Assembly (NCBI GenBank): GCA_021731085.1
Contig: JAKFYB010000015.1
Location: 81,745-145,744, forward strand
DNA: 64,000 bases
Reading direction: 5' to 3'
Origin: Dehalococcoidia bacterium
Lineage (GTDB): Bacteria; Chloroflexota; Dehalococcoidia; DSTF01; JACRBR01
Positions 20,221 through 29,607 of the stretch are shown piece after piece (the first letter of the stretch is position 1; each line of letters begins with the position of its first letter). A model generated the notes under the pieces. It did not search any database. It was not told the DNA's origin and saw nothing but the letters and a program-made list of their open reading frames with translations. The translations under genes and the position numbers were made by a program.

Positions 20221-21516
20221 ATGTCCGAACAGGTGGCGTCAACAGGTCGGGAACGTCACGGGCCGCTGGATGGCATCCGTGGCCTCGCGATCCTGCTGGT
20301 GATCACATATCACGTCTGGCAACTCTGCACGCTCGGACGCTACTCGATTCCACAAAACGCGCTCGACCGCTTCGTGTTCACCGGCATGCAGGCGACATGG
20401 TTCGGCGTCGACCTGTTCTTCGCGCTATCCGGCTTCCTCATCACGCGCATTCTGCTCGAGACGAAGGGTGGCACGCACTACTTTCGCAACTTCTACGCGC
20501 GACGCGGCCTGAGGATTCTCCCGGCGTACTATGCTGTGCTGTTCGTCTCGATTTTCGTCTTGCCGCTCATCGTGATGACGCATCGCGCATTCTTTGATCT
20601 GGAGCCGCTGTTCGACCTCCAGGCCTGGTACTGGGTCCACCTCGAGAACTGGGTCATCGGCGTCCGCTGGTTGCGTCCGGAGACGGTGCCATTCCCGCCG
20701 CAGGGGCACCTTTGGTCGTTGGCCGTCGAGGAGCAGTTCTACCTCATCTGGCCGGCGGTGGTGCTGCTGTGCACACGGCGCTGGCTTCTTGTGGTGTGCC
20801 TTGTGTTGCTGGTGCAGTCCCTGTTCCTACGTTCGTACTTTGAGTGGTGGGCAAGCGCGAGTCTCGTGCGCAATGTAGACGTGTACTACATCACGCCGAC
20901 GCGCATCGACGGCCTTGTCGTCGGAGCGATGATCGCGCTGCTATCGACGGCGCCGGGGGGCATGGAAAAGATTCGCCGATGGGCGATGCCTGCGTTCGTC
21001 GCCGGCTGTGCTGCGACGTTTGCCGTTGTCTGGTACGAGCACGGATTTCAACTCGCGCAGCCGATGGTCCAGACGCTGGGCTACACATTCATCGCGCTGG
21101 TGTTCGGAGGCGTTGTGATGCTGGCGCTGGTTGCGCCGGCGCGCGGCTGGCTGGATCGATCTCTCGGCAATCCGCTGTTGGAGACATTTGGGAAGTACAG
21201 CTTCGCGATCTACCTCGTGCACCCGCTGGTGCTGTCGCTGTTGCACGAGCGGATGTGGGATGCCGGTGAGTTCCCCGTTATCGCTGGCTCGGCGCTCCCA
21301 GCGCTTGCAGCGTTCTGGTTCATCGTCGCGAGCACTTCCCTGAGCATCGCCTGGGTGATGTGGCGGGTTATTGAAAGCCCGGCCTTGAGCTTCAAGCGGC
21401 TGTTTCCCTACAGGAATCGCCCCAGCGCGACCGAAACGGATGCGGACGCATCTCCACCGCCGTCAGCGGCGGCGCTTGCATCGCCACCAGCGCCTGAAGC
21501 CGCACCGCCGATCTAG
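20221..21516 (+). CDS. acyltransferase-3 family membrane O-acyltransferase
   Basis: LDGIRGLAILLV, GVDLFFALSGFLIT, FYARRGLRILPAY, HLWSLAVEEQFY, SFAIYLVH. Confidence 0.93.
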   Translation: MSEQVASTGRERHGPLDGIRGLAILLVITYHVWQLCTLGRYSIPQNALDRFVFTGMQATWFGVDLFFALSGFLITRILLETKGGTHYFRNFYARRGLRILPAYYAVLFVSIFVLPLIVMTHRAFFDLEPLFDLQAWYWVHLENWVIGVRWLRPETVPFPPQGHLWSLAVEEQFYLIWPAVVLLCTRRWLLVVCLVLLVQSLFLRSYFEWWASASLVRNVDVYYITPTRIDGLVVGAMIALLSTAPGGMEKIRRWAMPAFVAGCAATFAVVWYEHGFQLAQPMVQTLGYTFIALVFGGVVMLALVAPARGWLDRSLGNPLLETFGKYSFAIYLVHPLVLSLLHERMWDAGEFPVIAGSALPALAAFWFIVASTSLSIAWVMWRVIESPALSFKRLFPYRNRPSATETDADASPPPSAAALASPPAPEAAPPI

Positions 21517-22298
21517 TGCATTTCCTGGCCGCCGGAGATGTTGATCGCCTGACCTGTCATGTAGTCGGCGTCGTCGCTGGCGAGAAAGGTGATGACCTTG
21601 GCGACGTCCGCGGGATAACCGACACGGCCCAGCGGGATCGTCGGGAGTGCGCGCTTCGTCGCCTCAGTGAACTGCTCGTCCGTGAGGTTCAGTCCCATCT
21701 CGGCGCCGCGTAGGAGAGGCGTGTCGATCGTGCCGGGACAGACGCAGTTAACATTGATCTTGTGCGCGCCGACCTCTTTCGCGAAGGCCTGCGTGAAGAG
21801 AATGACGCCGGCCTTCGAAGCGCAATAGGGCGTAAGCATCGCGAAGCCACTCTTGCCGGCCTGCGACGAGACGCTGATGATCCTACCGCCGCCCCCCTGC
21901 TTGATGAACTGCTTCGCCGCTAGCTTCGAGCAGAGAAAGACCGATTTCAGGTTGACGGCGATCGTCTTGTCCCACGCCTCCTCCGGCATGTCGATGATGC
22001 CGATCGTCGGATTGCCGATGCCGGCGTTGTTCACGAGGATGTCGAGCCGGCCGAACTTCTCGATCGTCGCGTCGAAGAAGCGCTGGACGTCACCGCTGTT
22101 GCTGACGTCGCCCTGGAGTTTGATGTACTCAACGCCGGTGCCGCTCTCGTCAAGTAGTGATGAAGTTTCATCGAGGTGCGATTGTTCGAGGTCCACGAGC
22201 GCCAGCTTGGCACCCTCCTGTGCGTAGCGAAGCGCGACGCCTTGCCCGATGCCCCGCCCGCCGCCGGTGATGATGGCGACCCTGTCCTTCAACAACAT
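21513..22298 (-). CDS. short-chain dehydrogenase/reductase
   Basis: TGGGRGIG, NNAG, YCASK, CPGTIDT. Confidence 0.95.
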   Translation of the reverse strand: MLLKDRVAIITGGGRGIGQGVALRYAQEGAKLALVDLEQSHLDETSSLLDESGTGVEYIKLQGDVSNSGDVQRFFDATIEKFGRLDILVNNAGIGNPTIGIIDMPEEAWDKTIAVNLKSVFLCSKLAAKQFIKQGGGGRIISVSSQAGKSGFAMLTPYCASKAGVILFTQAFAKEVGAHKINVNCVCPGTIDTPLLRGAEMGLNLTDEQFTEATKRALPTIPLGRVGYPADVAKVITFLASDDADYMTGQAINISGGQEMH

Positions 22299-22460
22299 CT
22301 GTTACTCCTCTGACTCCGTATCTTCCTGCGGCAGTAGTGTTCGGCCCACGGCACCGTAGGACAAGGGAGCACGAGGCGCCGCTGTTCGCTTGTCAGATGT
22401 TGATCGGGCATCATTTAAGCACTAGCGTCGCCCCGTTCATCCACAGCAGGAGCAGCCGCA

Positions 22461-23348
22461 CTGGAATCGCTCGCGTACAACACGTTCCTCATCTCGTGCG
22501 CGCTCGCCGTGATCGCGTCCGCCCTCTATCTCGCGATACCGCTGTGGCCGCGCGTTTCATACGGCGCCTCCGCCGAGACGACGACGGGCGCCCGTGTTGC
22601 GATCGCTGGCGGCAGCGAACCACCTTCGTGGCTCGCCCCTGCCGCGACGTTCACGTCATGGCTATTGCTTGCCGTACTGACTATTTCGCTAGTCGCACGC
22701 TGGTCTGCGACGGGTCACCCGCCCTACGCCAACATGTACGAGTACACGATCGCGCTCGGCTGGGGTTGCACCGGCGTGTACGTGATCTTCGAGCGCGCAT
22801 TTGGGCAGCGGGCGATCGGGGCGGTGCTGTTTCCTGGCATCACCCTGCTGTTCCTGACGTCCCTGCTGTTCTTCCCCCCCGAAGTAACGCCGCTCATTCC
22901 CGCGCTGCAGGCGAACCGAATTCTCGGCATTCACGTCGGGATGATGATGGCGTCGTACAGTGCGCTCTCCGTGTCGTTCGGCGCTGCGGTGCTCTATCTC
23001 GTGCAAGATGGCAAGCGGCGATTCGCGCGCCTGCCGTCGGGCGCGAAGCTCGAGGAAGTCGCACACACGTCGGTGCTTGTTGGCTTCCCGATGCTCGCGC
23101 TTGGCATCGCACTGGGGGCGTGGTGGGCGAACGACGCCTGGGGACGGTACTGGGGCTGGGATCCAAAGGAGACGTCGGCGCTGGTGACGTGGCTTATCTA
23201 TGCGGGCTATCTGCATGCGCGTGGACTTCGCGGGTGGAAGGGCAAGCGCTCTGCGTGGCTGTTAATCGTCGGGTACGTCGCCGTCCTCTTCACATACTTC
23301 GCCGTGAACCTGTGGGTTAGCGGCCTACACTCATACGCGGGTGTGTAG
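22461..23348 (+). CDS. ccsA: cytochrome c biogenesis protein CcsA/ResC (system II)
   Basis: HPPYANMYE, PALQ, WANDAWGRYWGWDPKET (WWD domain), GLHSYA. Start proposed at CTG 22461; GTG 22509 is the alternative. Confidence 0.93.
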   Translation: MESLAYNTFLISCALAVIASALYLAIPLWPRVSYGASAETTTGARVAIAGGSEPPSWLAPAATFTSWLLLAVLTISLVARWSATGHPPYANMYEYTIALGWGCTGVYVIFERAFGQRAIGAVLFPGITLLFLTSLLFFPPEVTPLIPALQANRILGIHVGMMMASYSALSVSFGAAVLYLVQDGKRRFARLPSGAKLEEVAHTSVLVGFPMLALGIALGAWWANDAWGRYWGWDPKETSALVTWLIYAGYLHARGLRGWKGKRSAWLLIVGYVAVLFTYFAVNLWVSGLHSYAGV

Positions 23349-23588
23349 TCTTCACCCAGGGCGCAGGCACCGGCGACGCAATCGATGAGAACGCGCGGGC
23401 TTTTCAGCCCGCGCTCCGCAATTTTGTTTGCGCTGCACCAGCGTGGCCATCTTCGCGGGCGGAAGCAGCGCCCTACTCCGGGCCTCCTTCTCGCTACGCA
23501 AATGACTGAATTGGCGCACGACGAACGCGGGCTGGAAAGCCCGCGCTCCGTACACCTCGGCCGTGCGCGAGCCAGAACGTACTCAATG

Positions 23589-23993
23589 CTATGGCAAGGG
23601 CGGGCGGCTCTTCCGCGCCTCGTCCACCGGACTCTGGAAGCCAACGAGATTCCCGTCCGGATCCCGCATCTCCGCATATCGTGCGCCCCAGAACGCGTCG
23701 ATCGGCGCAAGATGCGGCGGGTAGCCGGCCTGTGCCAGCTTCGTGAACATTGCGTCAACGGCGTCTCGCGACTCGAGGCCAATCTGCAACGCTGTCGAAC
23801 CACCGCCGGGAGGTTCGACGAAGCCGGGGTCGTAGCCTCGCGTGAGGCGATAGCTGCCGATCTCCAGCGCTGCGCGGTCACCGTCGGCGCGTGCGAAATC
23901 CTCGACGACGGATGAAAACTGCAGTCCAGCGAGCCGATAGAACGCTACGGATGCGGCGACGTCACGCACAAACAAGTGAATCCCACGAAGCAC
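23589..23993 (-). CDS. VOC/glyoxalase family protein
   Basis: VRDVAASVAFY, DAFWGARYAEMRDPDGN; GGAGG RBS before GTG. Confidence 0.9.
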   Translation of the reverse strand: MLRGIHLFVRDVAASVAFYRLAGLQFSSVVEDFARADGDRAALEIGSYRLTRGYDPGFVEPPGGGSTALQIGLESRDAVDAMFTKLAQAGYPPHLAPIDAFWGARYAEMRDPDGNLVGFQSPVDEARKSRPPLP

Positions 23994-24208
23994 GGGGCAC
24001 CTCCAGAACGTGAACTCTACCGCCATTGCGTAGGTGTCAGCACCCGGATGACGCCAAAATGTCTCCTTTGGTTTTTGCTGTTTGCTGCGCGACGCGCCGA
24101 AGATGTAATCAAACGGCAACCCGCCGTCATGGACGCGCCGCCACACGATGGATCGCCAGCGGCTACAATCGTCCAAACCGGCGGGTGCTGCCGGTGGAGG
24201 GCGTGACG

Positions 24209-24964
24209 ATGCTGATCGAGCAGCGCGTGCACGAGCTGAAGGCCATCATCGCTGGCAACGACGGCCACAACGCTGCCGACGGCCGGTTCGCGCGCGCCGT
24301 CGATGAGTTGCTCTCAGCGGTGTACGACGACATCGGTACGGTCAGCAGTCTTCCGGTGCGCGCGCTTTTCGACCTCTTCGTGATCAAGGTGCTGTACGTC
24401 GGGCGGCAATCGCGTGACGCCGCGATCATCGACTACATCGGCAGCCTGCTTGAGGCGTACATCGATGCTCGAAAGCTGTTCCCTGACGACGAGCATGGCA
24501 GTCCGCGGCGCCTGTACTACAGCGACATGCTCGATCCAGAGAAGCACCCTCGCGACGAGCCCGACGTGTACGAGGCTTATCGCCGCTATGCAGACAGCGC
24601 GCTCTTTCTCAGCGGCGTCTTTCCGTCGTCCCTCACCCCGCGTTCTCGCCCGAAGACGCACCTACGGCGCCGCACGTCGTCGACCGTCGACTCCGCGTAC
24701 TATGTCGCGACCGGCAAGCAGATGTACCGCATGGCGGCCGAGCACCACCACAACGAGTGCGAGCACGCGCCGCGAACGCTGGCGATGCTCGGCGACAACT
24801 TCGAACTCTACGCTGACGCGCTGAATGAGGTGAGTGAGCGATACATCACCGGCTTCGACTTTGGCCTCATCGCCGACAAGATGCTCGACGCGATGAACGC
24901 CGGCGAGCCGGCGGCGGCGGCCCGCTACGGGAGTCTGCTCCGCCTGGACCGCGATCCCTCTTAG
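24209..24964 (+). CDS. conserved hypothetical helical protein
   Basis: Host-like codon usage, GGAGG RBS; ADSALFLSGVFP and YYVATGKQMY motifs; function unknown. Confidence 0.75.
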   Translation: MLIEQRVHELKAIIAGNDGHNAADGRFARAVDELLSAVYDDIGTVSSLPVRALFDLFVIKVLYVGRQSRDAAIIDYIGSLLEAYIDARKLFPDDEHGSPRRLYYSDMLDPEKHPRDEPDVYEAYRRYADSALFLSGVFPSSLTPRSRPKTHLRRRTSSTVDSAYYVATGKQMYRMAAEHHHNECEHAPRTLAMLGDNFELYADALNEVSERYITGFDFGLIADKMLDAMNAGEPAAAARYGSLLRLDRDPS

Positions 24965-25108
24965 CGCACAACCTACGCTCTCGATCGGCGACGTACCGCC
25001 ACAGCTTCCTGCTCGCTAGGATTTCCTCGCAGTCGCCCAAACCAACGACTGCCGGCGTGGGCTGACGCCCGCGCTTCGTACTTAGGACTGACGAACGAGG
25101 ACTCCAGT

Positions 25109-25978
25109 ATGGCCGTAAACGCCCCCAGCCATCACTACACGACCGTCAACGGCGTGAAGCTCCATTACGTCCGGATGGGCGCCGGGGAGCCGCTGCTGCT
25201 CATCCACGGCTGGCCGGGGTTTTGGTACGAGTGGCACCTGAACATCGGGCCGCTGGCCGAACACTACGACGTCATCGTGCCGGACATGCGTGGCTTCGCG
25301 TACTCGGACAAGCCCGACGCGCCACCGATGGAGGCCTACACCGATACGCACTTCGCCGAGGACATCAAGGGCTTCATCGACTTTTATCACTTCGACCAGG
25401 TGCGCATCGTCTCACACGACTTCGGCGCAATCTGGACGCAGAAGTTTGCGCGCCTGTACCCGGAGCGACTGCGTAAGCTGATGCTGTTCGATCCGCCGTA
25501 CCCCGGGATCGGCGCGCGCTGGTTCCAGCTCCCGCACACCCTGCACACGTGGTATCAGCTTTTTCACCAACTGCAGCTGGCGGAAGACCTCGTCGGTTCG
25601 AGTCCGAAGGCGACCGAGATATACCTGCGCCACTTCCTGTCCGCGTGGTCGCACGACAAGGAGTTGTGGCAGGACGAAGAGATCGCCGCGTACGTCGAGG
25701 CGTACTCGCAGGCGGGCGCGCTGCGTGGTGGTTTCAACTGCTACAGAGCGGCGCTCGCGGGTGGTGCATTCAGCGCGGGCGGCACCGCGAAAGTGACGAC
25801 GCCGACGCGGGTGCTATGGGGCACGCGAGACTCGATCATTCCCTTCGAGTGGTCAGACAACCTGGGCGACACCTTCGAGAACTTCGACTTAAAGAAAATC
25901 GAAGATGTCGGGCACTTCATGATGCGCGAGGCCTCAGACCGCATCAACGCCGAGATTCTCGAATTCATGGCGGACTGA
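25109..25978 (+). CDS. alpha/beta hydrolase, epoxide hydrolase/dehalogenase-like
   Basis: HGWP, PDMRGF, SHDFG Asp nucleophile, VGHF. Confidence 0.92.
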   Translation: MAVNAPSHHYTTVNGVKLHYVRMGAGEPLLLIHGWPGFWYEWHLNIGPLAEHYDVIVPDMRGFAYSDKPDAPPMEAYTDTHFAEDIKGFIDFYHFDQVRIVSHDFGAIWTQKFARLYPERLRKLMLFDPPYPGIGARWFQLPHTLHTWYQLFHQLQLAEDLVGSSPKATEIYLRHFLSAWSHDKELWQDEEIAAYVEAYSQAGALRGGFNCYRAALAGGAFSAGGTAKVTTPTRVLWGTRDSIIPFEWSDNLGDTFENFDLKKIEDVGHFMMREASDRINAEILEFMAD

Positions 25979-25981
25979 CGG

Positions 25982-26548
25982 ATGACGACCGACGGCACCC
26001 AAACGATCACGCTGCACCTCGTCCGTCACGGCGAAACCGCCTTCAACGCCGAGCGCCGCTTCCAGACGCCCGACGTGCCGCTCAGCGAAAACGGTCGCGC
26101 GCAGGCCGCCGCCGTCGCTGAAGTGCTCGCCGAGAAGGCTGCCGGCGCAACACTCATCTTGGCCAGCGACCACGAGCGCACACATGAGACCGCCCGCATC
26201 ATCGCCGCCCGCCTCGACCTGCCGATCATGCTCGAACCGGCGCTCCGCGAACGCCACTTTGGCACCGCCCGCGGCCGTCTCTACTCCGAGTACAGCGAGG
26301 CCGAAGCGCAGAAGATGTGGCACGACCCGCACTATCGGTCCGAGGGTGGTGAGTCCTGGGCTGATGTCTTCGAGCGAGTCAAAGCACTGCTAGATCGGTT
26401 GCGCCAGTCGCCGCCGGCGCCCGAGTTCATCTGTGTCTCGCACGGCGGAGCGATGGGCGTCGCATTGCAGCACCTGGCCGGTGAATCGATAGATGACTTC
26501 AAGCTGCAGGGACTGGAGAACTGTGCACACCGCGTCGTGACGCTCTAG
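25982..26548 (+). CDS. histidine phosphatase family protein
   Basis: LVRHGET, LRERHFG, GGES, VSHGG. Confidence 0.93.
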   Translation: MTTDGTQTITLHLVRHGETAFNAERRFQTPDVPLSENGRAQAAAVAEVLAEKAAGATLILASDHERTHETARIIAARLDLPIMLEPALRERHFGTARGRLYSEYSEAEAQKMWHDPHYRSEGGESWADVFERVKALLDRLRQSPPAPEFICVSHGGAMGVALQHLAGESIDDFKLQGLENCAHRVVTL

Positions 26549-26554
26549 GTTCGC

Positions 26555-28123
26555 CTACAGATCATCCTGTGGATGCCCGTGCGTCTTCCGCAGCTCCGTC
26601 TTCAGCACCTTGCCCATCGGGTTGCGCGGCAGTTCGGCGACGACGGCGTAATACGCGGGCGCCTTGTAGCTCGCCAGCTTCTCCTTCACGTACGCGGTCA
26701 GAGCAAGCGGATCGATCTTGGCACCCTGCTCCGGCACGAGGATCGCCTTAATCACCTCGCCCCACTCGACGTCCGGGACGCCGATCACGGCGGCTTCCTC
26801 GACGGTGTCGTGTCCCTCGAGAACAGCCTCAATTTCGCCGGTGGAGATGTTCTCACCACCACGGATGATCAGGTCCTTTTTACGGCCGGTGATGAAGAGG
26901 TAGCCATCTTCGTCGAGGTAGCCGACGTCGCCCGTGTGCAACCAGCCGTCCTGGATCGCCGCGGAGGTCGCCTCTGCCTGCTTGTGGTACTCCGACATGA
27001 TGCGCGAGCCCATGACGCAGATCTCGCCCTCCTCGCCGGCGGGCAGCGTGTTGTTGTCGGGATCCATGATCGCAATGACGATGTCATCCATGCCACGGCC
27101 GACGGATCGCAGGCGGTGCAGCTTCTTCTCGCGCTCCGGGCCCGGCTCCTTCGGGATGTTGTGGTCGTCGGGGCCGAGAAACGTCATCGTCGACGTGGAC
27201 TCGGTCTGGCCGTAAGCGTTCATCAGGCCGCACGAAAACACATCGACGGCCTTGCTCACGACCTCGTACGGCATCGGCGCCGCGCCGTACGTGATGAGCT
27301 TGAGCGACGAGAGGTCGTACTTCGAGAAGTCCGGGTGGTCCATGATCCGCTTGAGCATCGTCGGCACGACGAAGCTGTGCGTGACCTTCTCCTTTTCGAC
27401 GGCCTTCATCCACAGCTCGGGATCGAACTGCGGCAGGATGGCGAGCGTGCGCCCGCCCCAGACGGACGACATGATCGGCGTCACGCCGGCGACGTGGAAA
27501 ATGGGCACGGACAGCAACGTCACGTCCGGCGCCTCACCGGGATCGGCGGGCGACATCGTGTTCGTGACGTACACCGACAGGTTCAGGTACGAGAGCGCGA
27601 CGCCCTTCGGCACGGATGTCGTGCCCGATGTATAGATGAGGACGGTCGGGCGAGACTCGTCGACATCGACGAATGGCTCATCGGGACTGGCCGCCGCGAG
27701 GATGTCAGGAAGCCCCGGCATCCCCTCGACAGCCTTGTCGAAGCAGACGTAATGTTCGACGCTCGTCAGCGTGGGCTTCAGCGCCGCGACCAGGTCGAGA
27801 TAGCGCTTGCCGACGAACAGCACCGCCACGTCGGAGGTGTTGATCATGTAGGTCAGTTCTTCTTGCTTCGCGCGGTAGTTCAGCGGGACGAACGTCGCGC
27901 CTATCTTGGCGGCGGCGTAGTAGGCTTCGACGAACTCGACGCTGTTGGTAGACATAGCTCCGACCGGCTTGTCAGGCCCGGCGCCGACGCTCGCCAGCCA
28001 GTTCGCCAGCCGGTTCACGCGGTCGGCCATCTGTTCGAACGTCTCGCGCTTGTCGCCGCAGACCAGGGCCGTCCGATCGGGGACGACTGCAGATGTAATC
28101 TGCAGAAATTCAGCAGTGTTCAT
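26555..28123 (-). CDS. acyl-CoA synthetase (AMP-binding)
   Basis: YTSGTTSVPKG, YGQTE, WLHTGD, GRKKDLIIRGGENI, LPRNPMGK. Confidence 0.95.
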   Translation of the reverse strand: MNTAEFLQITSAVVPDRTALVCGDKRETFEQMADRVNRLANWLASVGAGPDKPVGAMSTNSVEFVEAYYAAAKIGATFVPLNYRAKQEELTYMINTSDVAVLFVGKRYLDLVAALKPTLTSVEHYVCFDKAVEGMPGLPDILAAASPDEPFVDVDESRPTVLIYTSGTTSVPKGVALSYLNLSVYVTNTMSPADPGEAPDVTLLSVPIFHVAGVTPIMSSVWGGRTLAILPQFDPELWMKAVEKEKVTHSFVVPTMLKRIMDHPDFSKYDLSSLKLITYGAAPMPYEVVSKAVDVFSCGLMNAYGQTESTSTMTFLGPDDHNIPKEPGPEREKKLHRLRSVGRGMDDIVIAIMDPDNNTLPAGEEGEICVMGSRIMSEYHKQAEATSAAIQDGWLHTGDVGYLDEDGYLFITGRKKDLIIRGGENISTGEIEAVLEGHDTVEEAAVIGVPDVEWGEVIKAILVPEQGAKIDPLALTAYVKEKLASYKAPAYYAVVAELPRNPMGKVLKTELRKTHGHPQDDL

Positions 28124-28221
28124 AGCCCAGAATCCCTCAACCCATGCTTGTTTGGTACGGGCGACAATCTAGCCGATCGCCGCAATAGCCGATAGCGCGC
28201 TGGTCAAGGATGCCCCAAGGC

Positions 28222-28254
28222 TTAGAGGAGGCCGCCCACGGGCGCCTCCTCTAA
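28222..28254 (-). terminator. hairpin downstream of the Thr/Pro-rich gene
   Basis: TTAGAGGAGGC..GCCTCCTCTAA inverted repeat; no strong U-tract. Confidence 0.55.
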
Positions 28255-28277
28255 CTCGATGCTTCTTGTGGCCAGCA

Positions 28278-29426
28278 CTAGTCGCGGCGGCGGGCTGCCA
28301 GTGTGACTGAGGCGAGGAACGCTGCACCGGCGATCAGCCCCAGCAAGCCGACCCATGCCTGCCCGTTCATGCTGGATGCCGAACCGTCGCCCGCGCCCGG
28401 CAGCACGCCTGGTCCCGGCTTCGGCTGGTTGATGCCGAGGACTGTCCGAACACCTGTCGGCGTAGTCGCCGGAGCTGTGGTCTCGCCGATCACGGTACGG
28501 GTGCCGACGACGGTTTGCGTCGGGTCGCTCGGCGTGCTGGTGCGGGTCGATGTGCGCGTGGGCGTGTGGGTCTTGATGCCCTCGGTGGGTGTACCGGTGC
28601 CCGGCGTCGGCGTCGATGTCGACGTCGACGTCGCCGGGGTGCCGGTCGATGTCGGCGTTGACGTGCCACCTTCGGGCGTGTTGGTAGCGGATGCCACCGG
28701 AGTCTCTGTCGCGCCGCCGGGTGTCGAAGTTGCGGAGCTTGTCGATGTCGCCGTAGGGGTGAACGTCGCGACGGCTGTGTTCGTCGGCGTTGCGGTGGCG
28801 GAGCTTTCTGGCGTATTCGTCGATTGCGGCGTCGCTGTCTGAGTTACGCCGGGCGTGGCGGTGCCGCTGTCCGGCGTGCTCGTCGCAGACGCAGCCGGGG
28901 TCTGTGTTGCACCGCCGGGCGTACCGGTCGCCGTCACTGGCGTACTCGTCGAACCAGCGGGAGTCGACGTCGTAGAACCAGCGGGAGTCGACGTCGATGC
29001 CTTCGTCGGCGTTGATGTCGGCGTGAACGTGGCGACGGGGGTTGAGGTCGCGGCGGCGGTAATCGACGCAGCCGGAGTACGGCTGGTCGCAGGGGTTTGC
29101 GTCGTTGTGTCCGGCGTTCGCGTTTCCCCTTCCGGCGTCTCCGTCTCAGCATCGGGCGTACGCGTCACCTCGACGGTACGCGTGCTGAGGACGGTTCGGG
29201 TCGCGGCAACGGTACGCGTGGTCTGAACCGTTCGCGTGACTTCGACCGTGCGCGATGCGACGGGCGACTGTGATGAATGCGGCGTCTTGTTGGCGCCATG
29301 CGGTTGCTGCGAACTCGCATCACTGCGCGTCGCGCCCGAGACGAGCAGCGACGCACTGACCGCCATGACGATCAGCCCAGCGAGGACGAGCGGGTAGAGG
29401 GATCTGCGGGATGTGATCCTAAACAT
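28278..29426 (-). CDS. Thr/Pro/Ser-rich surface protein with sortase-like sorting signal
   Basis: N-terminal signal/TM, low-complexity TP body, C-terminal LPGAG + hydrophobic helix + RRRD. Confidence 0.8.
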   Translation of the reverse strand: MFRITSRRSLYPLVLAGLIVMAVSASLLVSGATRSDASSQQPHGANKTPHSSQSPVASRTVEVTRTVQTTRTVAATRTVLSTRTVEVTRTPDAETETPEGETRTPDTTTQTPATSRTPAASITAAATSTPVATFTPTSTPTKASTSTPAGSTTSTPAGSTSTPVTATGTPGGATQTPAASATSTPDSGTATPGVTQTATPQSTNTPESSATATPTNTAVATFTPTATSTSSATSTPGGATETPVASATNTPEGGTSTPTSTGTPATSTSTSTPTPGTGTPTEGIKTHTPTRTSTRTSTPSDPTQTVVGTRTVIGETTAPATTPTGVRTVLGINQPKPGPGVLPGAGDGSASSMNGQAWVGLLGLIAGAAFLASVTLAARRRD

Positions 29427-29555
29427 GGCGTGCGGCTCCAGAGAACTGTGCTGCCTAAACAAGTGACGGGGTATGACCTACTATTGCACACTTGCCTAGA
29501 CTGGTCAACATTTCCAGCGTCAAATTCGGAATCTGCAAGATCATCTCGGACGCGA

Positions 29556-29581
29556 AGAGAGCGCCCTTTCGGACGCTCTCT
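29556..29581 (-). terminator. hairpin downstream of the repeat surface protein
   Basis: AGAGAGCGTCC-GAAA-GGGCGCTCTCT on the - strand. Confidence 0.6.
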
Positions 29582-29607
29582 GGTTTTTCCCCGTATCAGA
29601 TGGTGCG

